DNA of 64,000 nt from Camelus ferus (Eukaryota): the NCBI RefSeq assembly GCF_009834535.1, contig NC_045697.1:46006001-46070000 (forward strand), given 5' to 3'. Every line of letters starts with the position of its first letter. Position 1 is the first letter of the stretch. Positions 26,690 through 40,534 of this stretch are shown here, piece after piece. The notes under the pieces were generated by a model. That model saw only the letters and a program-made list of their open reading frames with translations. It searched no databases and was not told the origin of the DNA. Made by a program: the position numbers and the translations under genes.

Positions 26690-29600
26690 GACTTGCTGCC
26701 TGGGTTCAAGGAGCGTGGTTAACTGACAGCTTTTAGTTAACTCTTTCTTGGTCAGCCTCAGCAATTGAGAAGACGTCCTACTGTTCTTGGGGTAGCCTTC
26801 ACAAATCACTGAAAAAGACAATGGTTCAAAGACCTATATCCCCCAAATGTGGGACCCCTTCAACAGGCAGTCTTTGCTTTGCAGACCTTCCACTGATCTG
26901 GCAGAGACTGCCAAGTGGGCATTAAGGTCTGACAGCTCACCCTATCCAATTTTGCTTCCACCCTTTTCCTTTTATGTTTATTACTCCCAGTTAGCCTTTT
27001 GAATTCTTAAGTCATTTCTGTGCCTGCTTTCCAAACAGTCTAGTCTGTGACAGGTTGTATCTGGAGTAGCCTGAGACAGAAGCCAGTAAGATGGGGTTTG
27101 GGAACTGGATCTCTCACCATGAACCCTCTAGTAATGAGATCCAAAGCCCTGGAAGTAAGTGGCATGCAGACAACCCCAGCACAAGGTGGCAGTCCAACTG
27201 TTAAAACGTCCTCATGTGGTAAGCTGGAATGCTATGCAATTAGACTGGAATGTCTAAGCCAATGGGATGATTTGGGCATTTGAAATATATAGAGAATGAT
27301 AAATATAAGAACAATGGAATTAGATAATTATTGCTAAATTGCTTCGATGCCCTATAAGTTAATAATGCAAAGCTAAGAGCAATTAACCAACAATTGCAAC
27401 AAAGTAAGAAAGCCAAAGAGGTCCTCATCTCATGCAGTGGGGAAGTAGAAAATAAAGATCAAGCATAGGACTTGATAGGCACAGTGGCTAAAGTCCAGAG
27501 ACAACTGGATGCCAGCAGGGGCAGGTCTGCTACATCAAAATCAGAGCTCTGATTAGGAAAATCTGGGATCCTGACCCATGGAATAGAGACAACTGAGTAG
27601 CTGCTCCTGAAAATTTTGACCTCCCCAGACCTCTGAATCTTCTGAACCTAAAGAAGTAGCCTAGCTTTCTCCAATAAGATCTAGGAAACACCCACCATCA
27701 GCAGCAGCAATGCAATAAGAAAACAGAGTCCTTTCTCCCATAAGACATGTGTCCACCTCAGGAGATATCCCACTTCCACTTCTGACCACCAGGCCTATAA
27801 GAGGGTTAAGTCGCAGCCAGGGACACATCTGGTAAGTAAGGAAAGGAACATGATTCCAAAGGAGCTGCAAGACCAAAACAACACATACTAGCAGGACTGG
27901 GGGAGTGCTCATGGGACTAGATTCTGTGGATTCTACACAGGGAAGCCAGACCTAAGACTGAACAAATCAGTTTGTTGACTCGCAGCACTCTCTCAGAACA
28001 CAAGATACAGCATTTTGGTAAGGACCCCAGAAGATGGGATCACTTAGCTCATTGTTAGGGTGACTCCAAGGAACCTGGAACAAGCAATGGCCCACAACGA
28101 GTACAACTGAAATGTCTAAATTGCAGGGACAAATTTTGAGGAATAAATTAAAAGGCTTAGGAAAATGGGCATGCTACAATGGACATATTCTGTGAGACCA
28201 GAAGATCCACTATAGGATTATGGTCCATGGAAGGACACAGAGGATACCCAGTCACCAAGGCCATCAGAAATGTGCTTGTCAGAATGGCACCAGAATCACT
28301 AAGAAAGAAGTTCAGTAGTGGCTCTCCAATGCAGTCCAGGGCTAAATGTAAAAGAGCCTGTCACAGACCCTGGCTTGCTGAGAAGAATGGGAATAATGGT
28401 GTCTTGATGTAATAGAAGCTAAGAGGTGGAGCTTAACCACAGGAATCCAGATGCTTGTAATTATTATAAAGACCCATGAGGTTAGAGTGGTTGCCAAGGT
28501 TAGGGAACCTACAGAAAGTTATAGAGTTGGTTTATTGAACATGGCATTCCTTTGGGCAAAACAGATGGGCAGCCAAAAATGGTATTATTCAATTTGTATC
28601 ACAATAAGAAATCAAAGTTGATTATCTGACACTGAAGGCAGTCATCCCAATAGAAAGTCAGGATGTCTTGCCCAGTATCCATACCTGATCCAGTTTTCAG
28701 ACTAAGAACCTGTTGACTGAAGAAGTTACCAAGTCCTAAAGGAATGGACCTGTAAAGCTATATAAAGTATCCATTACAATGATTCCCTCTTTTCTTCCCC
28801 AGAAGGACCTTTTAACCATTTACTTAAATGAGTAGACACTAAGGAAAGGAGAATACCCAGATAGTTGATAGACTATTGGATGCAAGGTCACAGCTGAGAT
28901 TGGTATCTGGAGATCCAAAGCATCATCACGGTCCTACTGTTAGAGTAAAGACATATGGAGGTAAGATAACAAATGGAGTCGTGGCCAAGGGTTGGTTTAT
29001 AATAGGTCTACTGTGTCCATGGATCCACCCAGGGATAACTGAGTCGAATTTCTAATTTAGACTGTCAAACTTAGCAGTTGGCATAATCCTCACACTGGAT
29101 CCTGGAGAATGTAGACAACCACAAGCTCATCTAAGTAGCAGTGTTGACTGCAGGTGCCATGCTGGCTGCTAGAACAAATTAATATGACTTCAGGTACATG
29201 GTATGTAGCTACTGATTTGGTGAGTGAGTTCTTTTCTATCCCAGTTGGGAAATAGGTCAAAATCAATGAATTCACATTAAACAGACAACAATATTCACCC
29301 ACAGTTTTGCCTCAAGGCTATACTAACTCTCTATCACCTGTCATAATGGAATCTGGTCCAACTGGACATCCCACAAAACATCACATTGATTAATTTCATC
29401 AGTGACATCACACTGATTGGAAGAATGAACAAGAGGTAGCTGTCACATTGCTTTTATAAGACATACTCTGGAGGACAGATAAACCCTACAAAGAGTGGGG
29501 TCTGTCATTTCATAAGTTTTCCAGGCTATGCCAGCAGCAAAGACCAATACTGAGTCCCTGGTAGGGCCTATTTCTCAAGGAGAACAATGGAGTTAATCTG

Positions 29601-30901
29601 ACTACACTGGGCCCTTTCTGTCTCCTAGGGGACAAAAGTTCACTACCACAAGAGTACTTACCTATTCCAGGTATGAGTGTGCCTCTTCTGTCTCCCTTGG
29701 CCTCAGTTGGAGCCACTATCTAGGTGCTTACAGAATACCTAGTCCACGGCAGGGAATCCAATAGAACACAGCATCCCAACCAGGGAACCCACTTTACAAC
29801 AAAGAGGTGTGGGAGGGAGTTCATGACCGTGGGATCCTCTGGCCACATCACATACTGCCCCATCGGAAGCTGTCAGCCTGAAAGTGTTGGAACGGCCCAG
29901 TGAAGGCACAGCTGAATCATCAGCTTAGGGGCAATATTGTTCATGGGTAAGGTGCCATCTTTCAGAACACTCTCACCAGGGAAAACAGCAAGTGTCTCAC
30001 TGAACTAAAAACCATGGCTGCCACATGAGCACTTTGGGATTCTTATGCCCAAGGGCCAGCAGGCAAGAAGCAGGGGCACTATCTTGTGAAGAGTAATTGT
30101 TGCTGATCAGTTCAGGGGACTGCTGTTATAGAATGGGGGTGCAGAGTAACAAGTGACAACTCGAGGGACTCACTCGGGCAACTTTTGATATTCCCTTACA
30201 GAATTTTAAAAGAGAATGAGAAATGCAGCAACCCCAGCCAAGGGAGGGTAGGATTACCAGGGCCTCCTCGTTCTCATGATTGAGACTCAGAGAGGTGACA
30301 GCTGAAGGCACAGAACTTAGGATAGATAGCAGAATGAGATGATGAGAACCAGCTCTGGCCCTCAAACCAGCAGTGATGGGGACTGTAGCTCATCTCACTA
30401 ACTTTCCCCTTCTGAGTCTCCTCTTAGGGAGAGAGGCCCTCGGTGCTCTGGAATTGCTGGTCCCTACACGCACAAAATGGATCTGAACATCACGAGGGGC
30501 AAACTGTGGCAGGCACAGGACACATCACTAAGATACCCCGGGGAGAAAGGCCTCACCACCTGGCTGTGAGGAGTGCTGAGCTGAGAGCCTTCAGCCTGTA
30601 ACCCTTCCAGGGTCTGCCTCAGTTTCAAGCTGACCTCACACTTTCGAGGGACAGCCCCAGCCAATGGCTGGGTACAGTCGAGGTACTAGGGCCTGACATT
30701 TCACCCAATGTGGGACTCCTTTAATGGACAACTCTCACTCTGGTGCTTTCTGCTGTGCTGAGAGTCCATGTTACTTTGGCATCAAGATTCTGACCTTGCT
30801 TAGTGCTGTTTCCTAACTTTCCCTTTCACAGGTGTTACTTCCCCAGCAAGCCTTCTGTACTCCTCTCATTTTCTGCTTCCTGGAGAAGCTAATCTGTGAC
30901 A
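26690..30901 (+). mobile_element. Ancient ERVL (LTR16/ERV3-16-like) provirus: 5' LTR ~26690-27052, deleted gag/pro/pol internal region, 3' LTR 30505-30901
   Basis: Both LTRs end in TCTGTGACA and share aatgtgggac. Internal ERVL protease-like LLDARSQLRLVSGDPKHHHGPTVRVKTYGG (~28873). RT-like LLEQINMTSGTWYVATDLVSEFFSIPV (~29166) and TVLPQGYTNS. Integrase relic near 29750-29910. Confidence 0.85.
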
Positions 30902-31666
30902 GGCCACACTCTTAGGTGCCAGCACTTCTTGAAATGGGTGCTCTGTAAGTGCTAGAGAAGAGGGTTGTGATCTACCTGGGGCTGCTCACTCACACAGCAC
31001 AGAAGTATGTACGATAATCTGATAGTAGAATCAAGTGTTTCCAAGTTGGTACCAGTTGGCATGTTTTCAAAGTGATCCTCACGCAAATATGGACACAGGA
31101 CATATTTGGTGTCCACACTCTGCTGGCCCTGCTGCCAATAACACAATGGACCTGGCAGGGAAGGAAACAAAGTAACTCCCACGTGGGACAAGAGGAAACA
31201 TATGGGGCCCATCCCCACAAAGGAGATGAGAAGATGTGCAGATGAAAAGGCTTCCGATGCTAGCAGCTCCGGGTGGAATAAGTAGTCTGATGACTTCCAG
31301 CTCTGGCCAGTTAAAGACACGACTACATAGAATAAATAATCATTTTGATCCAAACACAAAATGGACGTGTACCTAGATAGAATTTACACTTTAGACATGA
31401 CCAGCTCCTCTTGATACACAATAGGACACATCTCTAATAAAACATGAATATATATTAATTCCTTATAAAATCTCACAAAAAACTCTATACTTCTACTTCT
31501 GACTGATAAACATTTATTGATACCTACAGAAAGAGAAGACTCCCCTGATGTTTTATATAAGACACATCACATGTACACATGTACTTTGCATCATCTCAAT
31601 TTTCTGTGAATAGAAGTCAAGTGTAATTGTGCTGAATAAATTATTGAAGTTTTATATAAACTACCT

Positions 31667-32269
31667 TTGGTAAGAAGAATGGCCCCTTCAGGGATGCCAA
31701 TGCCTTAAGCCTTAGAACCTGTTAATATATTACATTACATAATACAAGGGACTTGGCAGATGTAAGCTACAGACCTTAAAACAGGGAGATTATCGTGGAT
31801 TATCAAGATAGACCCAGCGTGATCACATGAGTCCTTAGAAGGATGGATCTTTCTGTGACTGAAGTCAGGAAAGACATTGTGTAAGGAGAGGTCAGATAAA
31901 TGTAAAGGTTGGTACACTCCTGCTGGAGGGTGACCACATGGAGAGCCTAAGAAAGAACGTGAGAGCCTACAGGAGCAAAGATGAGTCCCCAGATCGACAG
32001 ATGACAAGGAAACGAGACCTCAGTCCTAAAATCACAAGGAACTGAAATTGGCCTAAACAAGTGTAGAAGTAGACTCATCCTCAGAGCCTCCAGAGAAGAA
32101 CTCATTCCAGCCAACACCAGGATTTCAACCTTGTGATACACCGAGCAGAGAACCAGCTGAGCCACTGTGCTCTGACTTCTGACCTACAGGACTATGAAGA
32201 GATACCTTTGTGTTGTGTTAAGCCACTAATTTGGTAGTAATGTGTTATGGCAGCAATAGAAAACTAATA
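31667..32269 (+). mobile_element. MLT1 (MLT1D/E-like) MaLR LTR
   Basis: Motifs gggagattatcgtggattatc, ccagccaacacc...ctgacttctgacctacag, and end gttatggcagcaatagaaaactaata. Confidence 0.85.
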
Positions 32270-33091
32270 TGTTACAGAATGTCGGTATATTAAATTCCAA
32301 TACTCTACAGTTCTGAAACACAAGAACCACTAAAACGATCAATTAAAATTGCACATTCCCAGAGCCAATTCACATTCCACTACCAAATGTTATTTTTTTA
32401 ATAAATACATGGGAGACTTCAACCCATAATTACTGGGTATTTTTTAAATGTTATCTAAGAATAATACACCCATTTCTAAGTAATTATCCTCTCCAACACT
32501 TACAACTTTAGCATTCATTTTTAAAAAGTAAATAGACAATTACCTTGCCAAGTCGTTTTCCAAACGTCTTATCACTTCAGGTGTACATCTCTTTCTTAAT
32601 ATATTTAATGTACTTTATTGGATTCATATTTTATATAACCATGTATAAGTCACATTGACAAAAGCCAGTGATCGTTGATAGAGTTCAATGAATTGATGTT
32701 TACAAAAATGTGAGAACATAAATGATGCCAAGGATTTAGGCCTCAAAAGTACAAAGAACTCAAAAACAAAAGTACAAAGAACTCTAAGGCAAAAGTCACT
32801 CATATTTCTAGTATATAACTACGTAAAGTCAATAATACTGAGTTATGTTTTAACAAGACTTTATTGGTATGATGGCCATACTTAAACCAGTAGCTCAAAG
32901 TTGCACGTGGCCCTCTTGCAACCATATCACAGTTCTTCTGGTTTCTGATCTGCAGAACACATGCTTAGAATATTCCAAGTCCCACCTGCTCCAACCAACG
33001 TTTCTAAATTACAACAATGCCAACCAAACTGGATTTTTCCAGAGACTCTACAATATAATACAAAAGCTGAATTTGGAATGTGGACACTTAC

Positions 33092-33222
33092 GTTTTCTGA
33101 GTTCTTTCAGCCAATCTTGCAATCTCTATAGCTGCTTTCCTTGCTTCAAAATCTTCCCTTTTTACCACCTCTCCAGTCCCTCGGTAGCCTAGCTCCACCA
33201 ACTGGCGGGCCAGGCCTTCATC
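33092..33222 (-). CDS. CFAP299: CFAP299 coding exon 2 (131 bp, phase 0 to 2)
   Basis: Translates DEGLARQLVELGYRGTGEVVKREDFEARKAAIEIARLAERTQK, matching recalled human C4orf22. AG acceptor at 33224-33223 and GTAAGT donor at 33091-33086. In frame with exon 1. Confidence 0.96.
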
Positions 33223-34934
33223 CTAAAAAGAATATGAATTGTTGGATTTGCAGATGAATGAGACATCTTATTTTATCTAATGTATATGAATAATTGTTTG
33301 AAACGAAAAATCAAATGTATTATTTAAAAAGGAGACAAGATCTATTAAATACAAAAAGTTAGAATTCTTTCTAACAATACTTTTATAAACATGATTTGTC
33401 ATCCCTTTCCCAGAGATGTAAAACCAAAAAAATAATAATAACATGAATCTTAAATAAATTTTCTCTAAGGGACGGGAGGACAAAAGTCTGTTGTGTTTTT
33501 AATCAATTTATAAGAACAGCTGTATATAATTAATAAAGTATCTTTAAAACAATAAAACTAGAGACAATAGTATTCACACAAAAAAAAGATTTTTTTAAAA
33601 ACCAATTGCACAAAAAGAAAATTGGGTTGCTTTCAGAAAGTTCAACATTTCAGACTTATTTCCTTGAAGTCAATTAACTGATGACACAGAGCATTATAAC
33701 TTCAAATACAAAATAAAAAGCAGATGAATTTCCCATCTGAGTAGAAAGATAGTTTCCATATAATGTTGGTACCAATAAAAACAGAAAAGTAGAAACCCAA
33801 GAAGATGACCACAAAAAGTTTCAAGCTGAAAACAAAATCTCCCCACAATCCTTTAGACCTTTTATATTTTACTTTAAGAATTGTCTCACACATTTCTGTC
33901 ACTTGCATAGCATATTCAAAAAAGAATACCATTTTCCCATAATTTGAAGAGGTGACATTTTACTTGAAGTTACTAATATAAAGGCTAATTTAATGTACTA
34001 CGAGTATAAAGTGTTACATAAAAATAGGTATATGTTAATAATGATCCTTACATTATCATCTTAAACATGAATGTCTGAAATATGATGAAAACAGCATATA
34101 TTTTACATTTATCCTTACTTAATACATCACTGAATGCAAGAATTATCTAACAGAATTAAAAGAGAAAACTTAAGATGCATGGCTAATAATCTATTCAACC
34201 CATAGTGACTACTTTAAAGTTCAAACTATTTAAACAAAATAGAAAACTTGCTACTTTGCTTTGCTAAACACTCGAAAGCAAATACCAAACTCTACAGCAA
34301 TATGGATGCATCTGCCAAGTTAATACAATGCAAAGCACCAGGCTTTGGGAGGCTCCTTGCCTTCTTCCCGACTTGTTTTCCTGCTTATTATACCTGCTAT
34401 TCCAGGCTTCTTTAGCGTGAACCACAAAACTAAGCAAATGCCTCCACCTAGTGGAATTAATATTTAACAGACAAAGCAATGCAGACTTGGAGTTTGATTT
34501 ACATAAGTGAGACAATTTGAGTCTAAATTTTCTTAAATATATTACTGAAAGTGAGCTTATGGGAAGAACTCACAGCTGATCTCTGAGAGACTGTGGGGCT
34601 CTTCTAGTGGAATATAAGTTACTTGTGGTCAACAGTATTTTCTACAATAAAGGCCGTTAAAACGTTGCTGTATTAACTTTGTATATGGAGTGAATTATAC
34701 ATTCCTGTGTGCCTTCCCTGGGCCACACGAAATCATCTGGATAGCCCTGCACTCATCGACACTACTGTAAACTGCGACAGATGACAAGACCTACTGAAAA
34801 AACAACTAGGAAGTTGAAGTTGGAGTTTTCCCACTTAACCATTACCATGCTCTAACTGGTGGAATCACAAGTCATCTCTAAATGGCCAATCATCTTTAAA
34901 GAAATTATCTTTAAAGAAACTGAGAAACAAAACA

Positions 34935-37215
34935 TTTTATTTATTCACATATTTAGCATTTCTGGTGATTTTCATTCCTTTGTATAGACCCAAGTTTCCT
35001 AGTGATATATGATTTTTCCCTCTACCTAAAAAACTTTCACAATTCTTATAATAAAGGTCTGCTAACAACAAATTATCTTGGCTTTTGTTTGACTGAAAAA
35101 AATATTTATTTCACCTTAATTTTTTTGCAGCTTTATTGAGATATAATTGACATACAGCACTATGTTAAGTCTACGGTGTACAGCATAATGATTTGACTTA
35201 CAAACATCATGAAATGATTACAAGTTTAGTGCACAACCATCATCTTATATAGATACAAAATAAAAGAAATATAAAAAGTATTTTTTCCTTGTGATGAGAA
35301 CTCTTAGGATTTACTCTCTTAACAACTTTCATATATAACATACAGCAGTGTTACTTATATTTATATTATCATTTACATTACATCCCTAGTACTTATTTCT
35401 CTTATAACTGGATGCTTGTACCTTTTCACTGCCTTCATTCAATTCCCCCTCACCCACCCCCAACTTCTGGTAAGCACAAATCTGATCTCTTTTTCTATAA
35501 GTATGTTTGTTTGTTCGTTTTTAAGGATAATTGATCTATTATACTAAATTAGTTTAGTATAAATACTAAATGTGTTAGTTCCACTAACACAACAGAGTAA
35601 TGTGATACTTCTATACATTGCAAATTGATGACCACAACAAGTCTACAGATATTACATAGTTGTGGACTTTACTCCCCACACTGTACATTTCATACCATGA
35701 CTCACTCACTTCCATGCAGCCGGAATTTTGTACCTCTTAATCTACTGCCTCTACTGAGATGATCATATGATTTTTATTCTTCAGTTTGTTAACATGCTGT
35801 ATCACACTGATTTATTTGTGGATACTGAACCATTCTTGCATCTCTGGGATAAATCCCACTTGATTATGGTGTATGATCCTTTAAATGTACTGTTGTACTC
35901 AATTTGCTAATATTTTGTTGAGGATTTTTGCATCTATGTCCATCAGTGATATTGACCTGTAATTTTCTTTTTTTGTTATATCTTTGTCTAGTTTGGGTCT
36001 CAGGGTGATGCTGGCCTCACAGAATGAGTTCAGAAGCATTCCTTCCTCTTCACTTTTGTGAAGTATTTAAGTAGGATAGGTGTTAACTCTTCTCTGAATG
36101 TTTGGTAGAATTCGCCTATGAAGCCATCTGGTCTTGGACTGTTGTTTGTTGGGAGTTTCTTTTATCACTGATTCAGTTTCGTTACTGGTGATTGGTCTAT
36201 TCATATTTTCTTTTTTTTTAATTGGTTCAGTCTTGGGAAAGTATTAGGTTTTCAGGAATTTGTCCACTTCTTCTAGGTTGTCCATTTTATTGGCATATTG
36301 TTGTTTGTAGTAGTCCTTTGCTTTTTATGATTCTTTGTATTTCTGCTATGACCATTGTAACTTCTCTTTTTTCATTTCTGATTTTATTTATTTGGGCTTT
36401 CTCTTTTTTTTCTTGATGAGTCTGGCTAAAGGCTTATCAATTTTGTTTATCTTTCAGAGAAACAACTCTTACGTTTCATTGATCTTTTCCTTTTTTTTTT
36501 AAGTCTATTTCATTTATTTCTGCACTGATCTTTATGATTTCTTTCTTTCTACTCACTTTGAGTTTTGTTGGTTCTTCTTTTTCTAGTTCCTTCAGGTGTA
36601 TAGTTAGGTTGTTTACATTTGAAAAATTTTTTTTTTGTTTCCTAAGGTAGCCTTATATTTTTATACAGTCCCTCTTGGAACTAATTTTCCTTTGTCCCAA
36701 AGATTCTGGATGGCTATGTTTTCATTTGTATTTGTCTCCAGGAATTTTTTTCTCTTTGATTTCTTATTTCACTTTAATTTTTGAAAGATGTATTGGCTGG
36801 ATTAGTGTTCCAGGTTGACTTTTTACCTGAAAGCCCTTTAAAGATGTCATCCCATTGTCCCATGGCTTATACTGTTCCTGATGAAAAGTTCAATTTTTAC
36901 TGCCTTTGTTTCTTTCTACATAATGTGTCGAATAAATTATGTAGATTTAGATTAGATTCCGTTAAGATTTTACTCATTTCACTGGTTTTCAGCAATTTTA
37001 CTTTAGATTTCTTTAAGATTTTCTCTTTATCACTGGTTTTCAATAATTTTAAGATATTCCTTGGAGTGGTTTCTTTGCATTTATTCCCCTTGGAATGCAG
37101 TGTATTCCTTGCCCTATGGATTTATAGTTCTCACAATATTTGGAAACTTTTTAGTCATTTTTTCAAATATAGTTTATTCCCTGTTTCTCTCTGATCCTTC
37201 TGGGATTCCAATTAC
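34935..37215 (-). mobile_element. Composite L1 block: old L1M (34935-35120, 36770-37215) interrupted by a younger L1 (3' UTR ~35120-35750, ORF2 ~35750-36770)
   Basis: 3' end gctttattgagatataattgacatacagcac. ORF2 antisense gggataaatcccacttgattatggtgtatgatcc and tggtagaattcgcctatgaagccatctggtc. Confidence 0.8.
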
Positions 37216-38170
37216 TTTTTTTTTTTTTTTGGAAAGGTAAACATATTATCATTTTTTTATTAAACTCTAAAACTCTAATGGTTTTGGCTATAACAGTTCA
37301 TCCTAGTAAAAACCAGTGATTAGCAATGATAGTCAAGGCATATAAATAAAGCAGTAATCTTCTATTAAATGTTAATGTTTCTTTTCTCATGTGATCATGA
37401 GTCACTAACTTTTGGATGTTAGCAGTTTGGGAGTTTTAGTTATAAGTTGGCATCATGCAAAGCAGAACCCAGAGACAGTTCACCCCTAAAGAAAAGACTT
37501 CATTAACACACACAAACTATAAAACAACATGTGGCAAAGGTAGACCCTACCAAGTAGGAAGCAAATGTCTACGGAAGACTTAATTCTGAGTAGACTGTTA
37601 TTCTGAGATGAATTCTTCTCTCAGCTGCTGGGATCAACATATGGCCCCAAGGATGTGCAATGGAATGGCACCTGCAAGTTTCTGCAGCCTTGGTCCTTGA
37701 TGTTGGACTGGGATTCCAGGGTTCCATGCCAGAAGCCTGTGTAGCTGCCTCAGACCTACAGGTTCCCAGAAGGTTATGGATTTGCATATTCACTGTTTAT
37801 TTCCCTTACTGGTTTTAGGCTATACCACCCCTCTATACAGCCTTTGTGCCAGAGCCAATTCCTTCCTCTATGTGGCTGTGACCCTGATGCAAGAGCCTTG
37901 TACAATGTTTCTCAGTGGATGGAAGCAAGGTGTAGATAAGGAAATGAACTTTGTGTGTTATTAGGTGGTGTGAGCCATATTCTTTATGGAGGAATATGGG
38001 ACAAGGGGCATCCAGCATCCAGGGCACTCAGTTGTTTCTCATCCGAAAAGAAAAAAGAAGAAAAGTCTATAACCACTAGAACATTGAGCATTGCCCCACA
38101 GGAGACCAAGGTTCTGTTAGCTTTTGTTTGTGTCTTTTGTTATGTTGTTTATTGCTAGAGAAGAGAGTTA
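37216..38170 (-). pseudogene. Candidate retrocopy of an unidentified mRNA 3' end
   Basis: T15 at 37216-37230 with a minus-strand AATAAA (37256-37261) about 25 nt upstream. Non-repeat-like sequence wedged between L1 relics. No TSD found; right boundary approximate. Confidence 0.45.
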
Positions 38171-38179
38171 CTGTTGTAG

Positions 38180-38820
38180 CTCAATCTTAGATTTCTTTAC
38201 TAAACTCACTGATTTGTTCTAATAAGTTCCATTTAATTTTCTGGCATTTTTATTGTAGATAATCAATTATTACCTACAATTAATAATATTCTGACTCCTT
38301 CTTCCAAATATTTATGACACTTTTCTTTCATTATAGCATTGCTTTGGCCAGACTGCCAAAAAAAAAGTTGAGTATCAGCAAGCACTTTTATCTTGTCTCT
38401 TATTCAAAGGCTAAACATTCAAATGTTTAACAACCGAATATGCAGTTTACTACAAGTATTTGCTATATACTCTTACTCAAGTTATGATGAGTGAGGTTAG
38501 AACTTTATCCTACACTTTTTCTGCACCTGTAGAGGTTATCATAGAATTTTCTTTTTTAATTTATTAGCGTCATGAGCTCATCCTTGCATTCCTATGATAA
38601 ATCACACCACTTAAGAATAGCCTTTACTAGTCTCTGATCTATTATTTCTTAATATAGTCTTAGATTCATTTTTCATTTCTTCTCATCTAGTTCATAAGTA
38701 AAATTAGTCTTTAGCTTTCCATTTTGTGCTATCCTTTTCTAGATTGATGTCAGGGTTACACAAGTCCTATAAAACGATTTAAAAAATTATATGCTTTTCT
38801 TTTTATTAATTTTTAATTAT
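38180..38820 (-). mobile_element. Ancient L1 ORF2 relic
   Basis: Degenerate antisense ORF2 (ttactaaactcactgatttgttctaataag, catccttgcattcctatgataaatc). Confidence 0.65.
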
Positions 38821-38870
38821 ACAAGTCAGACATAAATATATTCTCCTTGTGAAAATTAAAATGTGGCAGA

Positions 38871-39790
38871 TGTAGTGAATTTGTATTCTGTCAACCTGGC
38901 TAAGCTGGAGCTGATTTTCCATAATTTTCCTCTGTTAGATAGTTACAGATTAGGCTGGGCTACAAGAGACATTTGCAATAGGTTTGGAAGACACAAGAGG
39001 AGCAGCCTTATTGTTCTAGCTCTTGCAGGATCTTCTCCTTCACCTCCTACAATTCCTGGGCTAGGTGCATGACTATGTTTATCCCTTTGACTAAAGGTGT
39101 CTGCTTCTTCTACAGATGTCCCCTACCATCAAAGTTGGAGGTGCAGAGGAGGTGAGGGCCTAATCCAAGTTCCATTTTGTCCTTATGAATTCTAGCTCAT
39201 CATTGCAGGTCTGTTTGCCCTTGCTTCCTCCACTTTTCATGTACCTTCCCTTCATGGCCGTCTGTCCTGATGACTTCAAGCTCCAGTACCAGACACCAAG
39301 GAAACAGCCTTTCATGGACCATTTAAATTGTTCTCATAATTGTGTAAGGTCAAATATCTACTGAAAAATTATATACATATGACACACATATATCTACATA
39401 TACAAATACATATGTGTGTGTGTGTGTTCTAATTTTCTGACTGAACCCTGAATGAGTCACAATTAGCTACTGGCAATGGTTCCAAAGGAATAGAAATTCA
39501 AGGATGGGTTCTCTGAATTGGTTCTGGGTTACCTGGAATTGATTCTCTCATCTTATTAAAGGTATTATAAATCCTGATTACAGTAGGAAAGCCTATACTA
39601 TAGTCAGTGAAATGCAGAGGCAAGTTATTTAATTTATCACCTTTAGAGACTTGTAATTAAGACAGGGTTTGGAATAACCAGGTGTTGGCTACCAAAGGAT
39701 AACTTAGTGTTAATAAGAAATATCATGGCGTTGGTTGCTTCTAAGTGTGCTGAAGGCCGTGGGAAAAGAAAATGAGAAACTCAGGGCTTG
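38871..39790 (+). mobile_element. MLT2-type ERVL LTR (38871-39461) plus start of ERVL internal region
   Basis: MLT2 start tgtagtg...tgtcaacctggctaagctgg and end ctgactgaaccctgaatgagtcaca. Leader ggttccaaaggaatagaaattcaaggatggg. Confidence 0.7.
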
Positions 39791-39995
39791 AGGTTTAGCC
39801 AGCCACTTGGTAGCAGGTTAGTTACATAGGATTAACCCCATCATGAAAGGGAAAAATACTTGGTACAGTTTCATGATTTTTAAAAGCTTTTTCCCACAAA
39901 TGATATTATGTCATACATATGCGACTTCTCATATAATTATTGATTATTTTAGTGTCTATATGAGAACTACCTGTTTGTTAAATTTGCTCATTTTC

Positions 39996-40152
39996 TTTTT
40001 TTTAACATTTTTTATTGATTTATAATCATTTTACAATGTTGTGTCAAATTCCAGTGTTTAGCACAATTTTTCAGTCATTCATGGACATATACACACTCAT
40101 TGTCACATTTTTTTCTCTGTGAGTTATCATAACATTTTGTGTATATTTTGTG
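39996..40152 (-). mobile_element. Very young camelid-type L1 3' end (157 bp)
   Basis: Perfect 17-bp TSD TAAATTTGCTCATTTTC at 39979-39995 and 40153-40169. Confidence 0.92.
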
Positions 40153-40534
40153 TAAATTTGCTCATTTTCAATTAGACTTTATTTATTATTGATATATAGG
40201 GCTTTATTCTATATAGCAAGTCTTTGATTATGCATTTTGCAAATATTTATTCTCAAGCAGTTGCTTGCCTTTGGTTTTTGTCATATAGAGTTTTAAATTT
40301 TGGCATAGAAATTGCATATCAAACCTTAATAAAGTACATAGAAAAAACTGCATCATTGCATTTACTAGACAGAAGAAAATTTGAAAATAAACAGCTAACC
40401 ATTCAACTAAAGAAAGTGGAGAAAGAATAGCAAAATATACCTAAGTAACATAGAAGGAAACAATTAATAAAAACAATAGGAAAATAAAATAGAAATTAAA
40501 ATAGACAAATCCAGTCAGCTTTAATTGTCAACTA

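Noticed and set aside
1..33091. CFAP299 exon 3 (TLTSAGKDLQDNFL...)
   Set aside because: Not found. Intron 2 is very large in mammals and extends beyond the left edge.
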